NCBI GenBank assembly: GCA_046590585.1
Contig: JBKJVD010000177.1
Location: forward strand, 1 to 54,524
Reading direction: 5' to 3'
DNA length: 54,524 bases
Origin: Thermoanaerobaculia bacterium
GTDB taxonomy: Bacteria > Acidobacteriota > Thermoanaerobaculia > Gp7-AA8
A model generated the notes under the pieces. The model saw only the letters and a list, made by a program, of their open reading frames with translations, was not told the origin of the DNA and ran no database searches. Shown here in pieces: positions 17,059 through 25,900 of the stretch. The position numbers and the translations under genes are program-made. Within the stretch, counting starts at the first letter, position 1, and each line of letters starts with the position of its first letter.

Positions 17059-18069
17059 ATGATTCGTCGCGACATTCATCTGGACTACGACTTTTTCGAC
17101 TACACGCGGCTGGGAGATTCAGTCCCGGAGCCCGATCCAGGCTACATCGACGTTGCCCTGCTCGACATGAACCATTCGTGGCCCAACCTCGGCCACGACT
17201 CGATCGTCCACGCCCTCCTCGAGCTTGCCGAGGGGATGCGGGACCGCCTGGTTCCCGCAGGACTCAAGGTTCGCGTCCTCTCGTTCGATGTGCGCCGCAG
17301 GCTGCTGGTGCCCGGAGCCCATGACAGCCGGTTTGCCATGTACGTCGGAACCGGTGGTCCAGGTCATCTCGATCCCCGGCAGAACGACGGCGTCCACGAA
17401 TTCAGCCAGGGAATCGACGAATCTGCGGAATGGGAAGCGCCCCTGTTCCGCCTGTTCGACGCGATCGTAGGAGATCCGCAGCGGTCTCTCTTCGCCGTCT
17501 GCCACTCGTTCGGCCTGCTCTGCCGGTGGTCCGGGGTCGCTCGCGCCGAATTGCGCGAAGAGAAAAGTTCCGGCCTGCCCATGAACGTACTTTCCGCAGA
17601 TGGATTGAAGCATCCGTGGTTTTCGCGTTTCGCAGAGTCGCTCGCGGATCATCGCAGCTTCCGCGTGGTCGACAACCGTCTCTTCGACCTGGTCTGGGAA
17701 GGTGGTCGCGATGCCACTCCGATCTCGTTCGAGCGCGAGGGGAGCCCGGGATTGACGATGGTCGAACTGGCGCGCGACGCCGCCGACGGGATGCCGCGCG
17801 TGTTCGGCGTCAACCATCATCCCGAGATCATCGACCGCGAACACATCATGCAGGTTCTCGATGAGAAGCGGGAGCATGACGAGGTCTCAGAGACGTGGTA
17901 CCAGGAGCGCGCCGTCACGATGCGCGAACTGTTCGAAGGCGAGAACGAGCGGGAGAGCCGGCAGACATCCAGCTTCACGTTCCTCGAACCGATGCGTCAC
18001 CAGCTCGCCAGAAGCGTCTCGCAACGCATCGATGATCTCTCCCTCACGGCGCAACGTAACGGTAGATGA
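17059..18069 (+). CDS. Class I glutamine-amidotransferase-like protein
   Basis: Nucleophile elbow FAVCHSFGLL and a distal HHPE (His/Glu) pattern. Its last ~51 codons form the left copy of the direct repeat described in the findings. Confidence 0.65.
   Translation: MIRRDIHLDYDFFDYTRLGDSVPEPDPGYIDVALLDMNHSWPNLGHDSIVHALLELAEGMRDRLVPAGLKVRVLSFDVRRRLLVPGAHDSRFAMYVGTGGPGHLDPRQNDGVHEFSQGIDESAEWEAPLFRLFDAIVGDPQRSLFAVCHSFGLLCRWSGVARAELREEKSSGLPMNVLSADGLKHPWFSRFAESLADHRSFRVVDNRLFDLVWEGGRDATPISFEREGSPGLTMVELARDAADGMPRVFGVNHHPEIIDREHIMQVLDEKREHDEVSETWYQERAVTMRELFEGENERESRQTSSFTFLEPMRHQLARSVSQRIDDLSLTAQRNGR
17915..18069 (+). repeat. Direct repeat, left copy (functional 3' end of the GATase-like gene)
   Basis: Hand-aligned to 32786-32938. 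The first 33 nt are identical. A 6-nt versus 4-nt indel follows. The remaining ~116 nt carry 9 substitutions and include the stop codon. Confidence 0.9.
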
Positions 18070-18440
18070 GCGGGCGGAAGTATTCGCCAGGATCGCAACG
18101 CGCGGCTGAACGCTCAAAACCATTTGGGCCATAACGCACGAGAGTCGTCGCCCTGGTTTGTGGCGGTGCCGCACCGAGTTGAAGACCGGCGTCTAACTTG
18201 TCGTTGCAGCGAACCGAAGCCGCACGTTTAGTGGTCCCGAGTCTGTTATTATTCAGCGTGCGGCTCGGCCGCTGAACCTCGAACGATCAGTCTCCTCGAT
18301 CGCCGCGTGTTCAAAAGAGAGCGAGACTGGGAAAAGAGTTCGCACTGATTTAGACAGTCTGGTGCATTGAAGAGACCTCGGCCTCACGATCATGTACGCC
18401 GTTTTGAGTAGCGATCGGATTGCAAAAAGGACACTTGTTC

Positions 18441-21400
18441 ATGACTAACGGTGTGCGCAGAATTGGCCTTCTTCTCTGTGGTTTCGTGGGTGCAGTCTTC
18501 GCCGCCGGAACGGCGCAGGCGGACCTTCTCATTCAGCTCTCTCCCACCGAGCTCTCCCTGGCGCCCGGGCAATGTGGCAAGGTCACGATCACCTCCCAGC
18601 CGCAGCCTGGGTTCCCGGAGGGTGCGGCAAAGATTCGGTACGTGATCAACCGCATCTCGGGCGTCGATGTGATCGAGGCCAAAACAGCCGGTCCCGATTT
18701 TCCGCCTGTGGTGCTGTTGACCCCGGTGCACAACGCCGAGCCCGGGGCTCACTCCATGACCATTACCGCGCTCATCTCTGACAGCGCCGGAAATCAGATT
18801 GGCGACAAGATCTTTCCCGACGCCTTCACGATCACGATCGAGGCGCCGGCCAAGCTGCCTGAGTTCTCCTTCACGATCCCTGAATCCGTCGACGTGACGG
18901 CCGGCCAGGAGCTCGATGTACCGCTCGCATTACAGGCGGAGGGCTTCCAGGGGATGATGAACGTTCAGGCCCATCCGCCTCCGGGAATCTCCATCGATCA
19001 GCCGAGATTCACGATCAGCGCGGGCGAGGAGAAGATGATCCATGTCCGCGTCGCAGCGGATGCTCCGGAAAAAGGAACTCTGGAAGTTCAAGCGCAGACG
19101 AGTCTCGGCGGCCAGATGATTCTGAAGGTCTTCAGGGTCCAGGTCCGCGTTGCCAAAGCGGAGGCGGCTCCCGTCCCGCCAACTCCGCAGACGTCCGGAC
19201 CGGTCATCGGGTCGGGCGGCGAAGTTCGGTTCGAGCTCGACTCGACATCCGTCAATCTTCCGCCCGAAGGTGGCCAGCATCCATTGACGCTCACGATTGC
19301 CAGTGTGAACGGCTCCCATGGGACGGTGACCGTCGACACCAGTACGACCAACGCCGCGCTAAGCCTGGAGGGGAAGGACTGCACGCTTTCTCCCTACGAC
19401 TGCGTTCACGAACGGGTCGTCGAGATCGAACCGAATGGAGAAGTGAAACTGGAGTTTTTTGTCGTGGCCACGGCCCAGGTCGAAGAGATCGCCAAACAGA
19501 TGAACGGGGCCCGATCACTTCTGTTCCTGGCCAAGGCACCAGGGTTGGACACCAGGCGCCTCAGCTTCATCGTCGAGCTTCGCGCGGCCCCGACCCCTCT
19601 GAAAAAAGCGTATACGCTCTCGATCGATCCGCCGTCTCTCGAACTGGACGCGGGCGGCGAGGCCAGGACTGTCGAGATCCGCCTCACTCCCGCGGAAGGC
19701 TTCAACGAGGGAGTGGGCCTGACCTTTGACGGGTACAACACGAGTTCACCGGTTGAGTTGAAAAACTTCGGTCATGACGAGTCGATCTTTCAGGCAGGAC
19801 AATACGAGCCCAAGAAAGTGATCATTCAAGCCAGGGAAGGGGCGAAGCCAGGTCCCTTCTCCATGACCGTACGGGGTACGACGACCTACCAGGACGCACA
19901 CGAGCAGTCCTCGGTGAAACTCCCCATCACGATCAAAGAAGCGCTTGCCGCGACGCTGAAGATCGAGGCCGGAAACGCAGAGTTGTTCTATCCCGCGTGG
20001 AAGGACGTCAAGCTTCGCATCGAAGGGTCGAGAGGTTACTCGGGTCCGGTGACCGTGAAGGCTACCGAGACCGGTCCCTTCGAGGTGGTGCCGGATCGTC
20101 TTGAAGTGGCGTCGCTTCCTGCCACGGTGGATGTGCGCGTGCGCCTGCGACAGGCCGTGACGGGCAACACCGCCATCGAGTGGACCGTCTATGCTGCGAA
20201 CGAACGCCAACTCGCCGCGCAGAGGATTGCGTTCACGGCACTCGATCCGAAGCGCGGCGTGACGTTCACCGCACCCGCGGAGATGTCGATCTCTCCTGGC
20301 GAAGAAAAAAGCCTCGACATCGTGCTGCGCGGCGACACGTTCAAGGGTCCCGTCGACCTGATCCTCTCTCCCTCGAGCGCTCTAAATGTCATCGGCGCGC
20401 AAGTCGTCCGCACGGGGCCAGTCTCTGGCTCGCCTGCCCTGACGCTGCGCGTGCGAGCCAAACCAGACGCGACGATCGGCGAAGGTGGCCAGTCGCTCCG
20501 GCTGAACGTCAAGGCAATGTTTGGCAGCGACGAAGTGGAGATGGGCGAACACAGCATCCGGGTCCTGCTCGTCCCATCAGGCGGCGTCAAACCGGTCGAC
20601 TTCAACATCACGGTGAGCAAAACGCGCCTGGATTTGCTCCTTGGTACGGGCGAAAAAGTCACGGTCAACGTTCAACGCAACGGAGGTTGGGCCGGTCCGA
20701 TCGACTTCGAGATCAAGAACAACGACCACGTCACCGTCAACCCGGAAAAGTTCCGGCTGGAGGGATCTCAAAACTCGCAGGAAATCGAGATCTTCTCGCG
20801 TGTGAGCTTGTCAGAAGGTAGCGAAGACTCGCTCATCGTGACGGCCACGCCGTACGGCGGTGGCAGTGCGAAAGAGGCCTATATCGGCCTTCGGGCGTCG
20901 ACCCTCAAATTGCCCGAGTTCACCATTGCTACGACCCAGCCGAGTCTGCGCGTCCCGACCAATCGCCCGGGACGGATCACGGTGCGCGTAGCCGGCGTGA
21001 ATGGCTGGAACGGGCCGGTGACGCTCACGGTCGCCGACAAACCAGAGTGGTCCATCGTTCAGCCCGAGAGCGTCAACGTCGCGTCGCTTCCCGCGGAGGT
21101 GACCTTCGAGGTAACGCGAACACAGGATGAAGGAGACCCCTCGGATGTCGTGTTCTGGGGAACGGCCGGAACTACGGCGCAGAAGGCCCGGATACCGGTG
21201 CAGTTGATCGTTGGCGGAGGGCAACGCGGGCAACGCGGGACCGACGACGGCCCGTTCGGCGGCTTCCCCGCGCCTGAGGGTCCCCTGCTTTCGCTGCCGC
21301 AATCGCGCGCCGTCGCCGGGGACGTCAGGAGCTCCAACAGCCATGTGGAAGGGTTGGCTCAGGCAATGTCGACCCTGTCGGGCGCGGACATGCCAGCGGC

Positions 21401-22733
21401 AATCGCCATGCTTCAGTTGTATGAAGCGCTCCTTGCCGAAGGGCAGCGAATGGCGGGCATCCTGCCGGGTGACGAGGAGCGCGAGGAACTCAACGCTCAG
21501 CTCAATGCGGAAGTGCTGGCCAGTCAGATCGAAGAATATCGCCTCCATCCAGCGCAAGCGCGCTTCCAGACAGCGATGGTTGGTGGATTTCCCGGTTTCT
21601 TCCTGATCGAGTTGCGAGATTTTCAGCCATCCGATCTTGAAGACATCAAGATCGAGTTTTCGAAGCCGGTGAACTGGGCCACCGCGTCCAACAAAGTCGA
21701 GTTGCTCATTCTGCAGATGAGGTTCGCCCAGAAGGCGGACCAGCTCCAGGAAGACTGGACCGGACCGGCGCGCGAGCGTGTCGGACAACTGTCCGAGGGA
21801 ATCGACAGTCTTGCCGCGAAGCTCGACGAAATCACGCTGACGAAGAAAATGAAACTCGCTGACAAGGTGAAGTTCCTCGTCAGGCCTGTCGCAATCGCCG
21901 GAGCAATCTTCACCACCGCCGACATCGTGGCCAGATCAGTGGTCGCGTTCCTCCCCAACCAGATCAAGGAGTTCTACGCGCAGGTCGATAACCAGCATCG
22001 CGTGGAGGACGACAAAATCTTCCCGGTGATCAAGAAGGGAAAGAAGGTGCCCGTCAAGGTCTTCATCCTGACCAAGAACAAGGGAGGACGGATCGTCTCA
22101 CCGAAAGAGGTGGCCGACTTCTGCTACGGGAAGGTCACTGAGTCCCAGAAATTCAAGGACTGGTTCGACAAGAAGGCCGGGAGCGACAAAGCCGGCGGCG
22201 AAGGGATCTCGGACGCGGAACGCGAAAAAGCGAAAGACGAGATCCGCGCCGAGTTCTTGAAGAAGATCGAGAAGATTGCCGGCACCATCACCGGACTCCC
22301 TCCCATCAAGGAGTGGCTGGAATCCGGATGGGATGTAGCGTCGAAGGATCTCCCGGCAATTGAGGTCAACAGCAACCGCGTCTTGACGATGGAGAGTCTC
22401 TCGCCAGCCGTGCTCGCCGTTCGTGAAGCGCCTGGCTGCGAAGGCGAGCGATATTGCATGGAGGGTCTCGTCGAGACCAGGCCCGGCGAAACAGCGGGGT
22501 ATTTCTTCGCCTTCCGGAACAACCTCCGGAACGGTGTCCTGTCTGTCGTCCCAGGAGGACTCAAGGTCAACGTAAAGGCGGCCGTTATGGTGAAGGATCA
22601 GGAGGAAGTATCTTTCGAGCCGTGCTGGGTCCTCGACGGCATTGTTCACCGGGGCCAGATGCCACGCGACGTAAAGGGCGCAGCAGGACTTACCTTCGAC
22701 AAAGGCAAGACTTGCAGCTTAGGCCAAGGTTGA
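18441..22733 (+). CDS. Giant secreted protein A: signal peptide, about 8 Ig-like beta-sandwich repeats, and a ~500-aa C-terminal module of unknown family
   Basis: Signal peptide RRIGLLLCGFVGAVFAAGTAQA. Repeats of about 105 aa carry the recurrent motif G-(G/N)-(W/F/Y)-x-G-P-(V/I) (NGGWAGPIDF, VNGWNGPVTL, SRGYSGPVTV). The protein is collinear with the paralogue on the opposite strand. The start could also be the TTG at 18420. Confidence 0.85.
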   Translation: MTNGVRRIGLLLCGFVGAVFAAGTAQADLLIQLSPTELSLAPGQCGKVTITSQPQPGFPEGAAKIRYVINRISGVDVIEAKTAGPDFPPVVLLTPVHNAEPGAHSMTITALISDSAGNQIGDKIFPDAFTITIEAPAKLPEFSFTIPESVDVTAGQELDVPLALQAEGFQGMMNVQAHPPPGISIDQPRFTISAGEEKMIHVRVAADAPEKGTLEVQAQTSLGGQMILKVFRVQVRVAKAEAAPVPPTPQTSGPVIGSGGEVRFELDSTSVNLPPEGGQHPLTLTIASVNGSHGTVTVDTSTTNAALSLEGKDCTLSPYDCVHERVVEIEPNGEVKLEFFVVATAQVEEIAKQMNGARSLLFLAKAPGLDTRRLSFIVELRAAPTPLKKAYTLSIDPPSLELDAGGEARTVEIRLTPAEGFNEGVGLTFDGYNTSSPVELKNFGHDESIFQAGQYEPKKVIIQAREGAKPGPFSMTVRGTTTYQDAHEQSSVKLPITIKEALAATLKIEAGNAELFYPAWKDVKLRIEGSRGYSGPVTVKATETGPFEVVPDRLEVASLPATVDVRVRLRQAVTGNTAIEWTVYAANERQLAAQRIAFTALDPKRGVTFTAPAEMSISPGEEKSLDIVLRGDTFKGPVDLILSPSSALNVIGAQVVRTGPVSGSPALTLRVRAKPDATIGEGGQSLRLNVKAMFGSDEVEMGEHSIRVLLVPSGGVKPVDFNITVSKTRLDLLLGTGEKVTVNVQRNGGWAGPIDFEIKNNDHVTVNPEKFRLEGSQNSQEIEIFSRVSLSEGSEDSLIVTATPYGGGSAKEAYIGLRASTLKLPEFTIATTQPSLRVPTNRPGRITVRVAGVNGWNGPVTLTVADKPEWSIVQPESVNVASLPAEVTFEVTRTQDEGDPSDVVFWGTAGTTAQKARIPVQLIVGGGQRGQRGTDDGPFGGFPAPEGPLLSLPQSRAVAGDVRSSNSHVEGLAQAMSTLSGADMPAAIAMLQLYEALLAEGQRMAGILPGDEEREELNAQLNAEVLASQIEEYRLHPAQARFQTAMVGGFPGFFLIELRDFQPSDLEDIKIEFSKPVNWATASNKVELLILQMRFAQKADQLQEDWTGPARERVGQLSEGIDSLAAKLDEITLTKKMKLADKVKFLVRPVAIAGAIFTTADIVARSVVAFLPNQIKEFYAQVDNQHRVEDDKIFPVIKKGKKVPVKVFILTKNKGGRIVSPKEVADFCYGKVTESQKFKDWFDKKAGSDKAGGEGISDAEREKAKDEIRAEFLKKIEKIAGTITGLPPIKEWLESGWDVASKDLPAIEVNSNRVLTMESLSPAVLAVREAPGCEGERYCMEGLVETRPGETAGYFFAFRNNLRNGVLSVVPGGLKVNVKAAVMVKDQEEVSFEPCWVLDGIVHRGQMPRDVKGAAGLTFDKGKTCSLGQG

Positions 22734-22748
22734 AAACCAATTAAAGAT

Positions 22749-22778
22749 CTCGCCCCCGGGAACCTGCCCGGGGGCGAG
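22749..22778. terminator. Hairpin between the convergent giant genes (better terminator context for the minus-strand gene)
   Basis: CTCGCCCCCGGG-AACCTG-CCCGGGGGCGAG, a 12-bp perfect stem. On the minus strand it is followed by AGATCTTTAATTGGTTTTC. Confidence 0.6.
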
Positions 22779-22919
22779 GGGTCCTTCGGTCGCGCGGCCA
22801 GCCAGTGTTTCGGAAACCCGCTGCATCAGGTGCAGATTTGACGATCCGTTGAGCACGAACCGGCGGGTCGCCGATGCCGTGATCCGTCGCCGACGCCACG
22901 CCACGCGAGGAACCCGATT

Positions 22920-25900
22920 TCACGGCCGGTTCGACACGCATTCGCAGTTCTTCGTGATGATGCCGCCGCCCGCATACCCGAGAGCGATGTCGTGGACGGA
23001 CTCGTTCGGGAGTAGGCAGCGCTCTCCGACCGGCCCGAGGCTGCACGTACGCTGCGGAGGCGGCGTAACCTCGACAACGCCTTTTCGGAACAGCCCACAC
23101 TGCGGCGGCACGGTCGGATCGGACGGTTTCACACAAGGCAGGCCTTCGGTCGCTCGACCGAGAGCGATGATGAGCCACGGCTGCAGGCCATAGGAGTAGC
23201 CGGCGGTCTTACCGCTCTGCGTCGGCTTCAGACCCTCGATGTAGTAATGCCCCCTCGACCCTTCACCGAGCTTGATCAGCTCATTCGAACGATTGTTGTG
23301 CTGATTGTCATACTTCAATGACAGCACGCGCTCACTGTTGACGAGGAACGGCCCACGCTTATAGGGCTTGACGGTGATCGGCGCGTCGAGCTTCTGCAAC
23401 CATTCCCGCAGGGCGGGGATGCCGGCGATCCGCTTGTTGATCTCCTCGAGGATCAGGTCCTTCAGGAAATCCTTACTGTCGAAGCCCGGGATTCCTTCAC
23501 TCAGCGCTGCCTCATCTGCTTCCTGCTTCGCGTCGTTGCCCGGCGTCGTCACCTTGCCGACTCCCTTCTTCCTGCCGGCCACCTTGATTCGTCCCTTCAT
23601 TTTCTCCCACACAGGCTTGGCAACGAGTTCCGCGATCTGCGAGAGGCGGACGACTTCGCCACCGGTGGACCTGGCTGTCATGTAGACCTTCAAACTGGCC
23701 TGCGTTCCCTGCATGACCTGCGGGTCTGGCGCATCGGGCCGTTTCGAATAGCCGCCGACATTCGAGTACAGCTCAGCGATGCGGGACGGAATGATTCGCA
23801 ATTGCGCTTCCGACAGGATGTGAATGATGCTGATCGCTGTGGCGGTGGCGGACAGCGTCTTCACGGCCACCTGCCATTGTTTCAGAGTAATCTTGTCGAG
23901 TCCCCACGCCTCGATGCGATCGTTTGTCTCTTTCAGCACGTCGTTGACGATCGCGGTGTTGTTCGCCGCGACGGCGTTCTGGTTGGCCAGCCGCATCATG
24001 TTGACCAGAATTTCGACCGGCTCATGGCCACGCGCCAGGTCCCTCCAATCGACTTTGCCGCTCTTGATGTCGTTGTACATCTCCTTGTTCTCGGCCATGG
24101 AGCTGAAGTCCATCGCGAAGAGGAACGGGAACTGCCCGAGCGACGCGATCTGGAAGGGCGGTGGCAGATTCGCGCGGTTGCGACGCAGGCCACCGCGGAT
24201 GAAAAGCCTGACAATTTCGTCATCGAGAGCCGCCTCGGAGACGCGTGGCAACGTCGCACCGTGCAAGCCGAGGGATGCCTCCTCCTCAGGGTTGAGCGGC
24301 GTGCCGTTGTGGAGCTCGGCCAGCAGGGCGCTCTGCGCATTGGAGAACGCGATGAGCAACTCGATCTGCTCCGGATCGAGAACATCCTCGCCCGCTGCCG
24401 CGGCGGCCGCTGCCATACCGGTAAACGCCGCCGCGGCGTCGTCTGCCGCCGCCATCGACTTCGGAAAGGCGTCGACGCCGGCGAACGGTTCGCCCTGAGG
24501 CGCGGAAACAGGCTCCCGATGCTGCGCCCCGGGCCCGTCTTCGTCGCCGATCACACCGGTAGGAATCTGCGGCTCGATCCATTGTCCTTTTCTCGAATCC
24601 GCGACCACCACCATAGGGAGAGTTGCTGTCCGTGTCGCGCCGTCAGCGGCGACGGCGGTAACTCGCAGCGTTGCGTTTCCAGGCTGGTCCGCCGCAGTGA
24701 CCTCGACCGTCGGTTCGGATCCGGCCCTGAGCTCGCAGCAAGCCTGGCCCGGCCTCGGTTGGAGGAGCCGCTCGAGGCGTAAAGGAAATTCTATTGGCTG
24801 GATGCTCACTCCGCCGCCTTCGACGGTGACCGTGACCTTCAGGATTACGTCGACCGGCGATGACTTTGTGGCGCCTTGAGCCTTTGCGTAAACCGAAATG
24901 GACTTCTTTTGTCCCACGGTAATTCTGAGGGGCGGGGTGATCTTGCCGCCAAGAGCCTCTGCGAGGATCGGATCGTCGAACTCGGTCGTGCCTTCCGGCT
25001 GACGGGCGGTTTGCGGCGGAGGCGGCTGCTCGACGCTCCACTTCTGATTGCCGCCATCCCAGCACGGGCGAAGAATCACTGCGTGCGTTGGATCGCTCGC
25101 GTTGGGCTCCATGCACTTTACGAACTCGCGGCCGATGAGACGGCTCGACGAGTCGAACGTCCACGTTTCGTTCATGTTGCCGCTGTTGCTGCAGGTCCAG
25201 AGAATGATCGGCGTGTCGTCGGTTGTCTGGTTGGAGGTGAGAACGGCGCACTTGCCGCCATTCTGGATCTCGCCGTTCGGACCGAAGGTGAACGTCTGCG
25301 CCTCGACGAGCGATCCGCAGGCGGCCATCACCAGATGCGCTCCGTCGCCGTGCCCGTTGTTCTCGATGGTCAGGCAGTTTCCGTACTCGCGGTTCTTCAA
25401 CATGCCCGAGGCGGCCGGGAAGTGTCTGGCGAGTTTGGCCGTCTTGATCGCCAGCCCCACATACGCTTCTCGCGACGGGCCGCCGCCATCGGGCGACGCT
25501 TTCACCATCAGCGACGGCTCTACGCCGGCGGTCAGGGCGGCATCGCCGCGCGCGGTCACTTCGAACTCCTGCGACGCTCGTCCGGCGTCGAGGCGGAATC
25601 GATCGGGGCGGATGGTGACCTTGTCGTTCCCGCTCACTACCACATCGACGGCGCCGTTCCAGCCACTGCCCCGACGCACCGACAGCGTCACGCCCCCGCT
25701 TTGTCCGGGCAGCAGCTCCAATCGGCTCGGATCGACGGCCACCGTGAAGTCCGCCGCTCCGGCTTTGACCTCGGAACGGATATTCGTCTCGGCGATGAGA
25801 TTGCGATTGGCATGCGCGCGCACTTTGACGTTGACGTATGCGTAGTGATCGGGAGCGGCATTGGGAAGGGCCTTGACCGTGATCTCATGACTTCCCGGAA

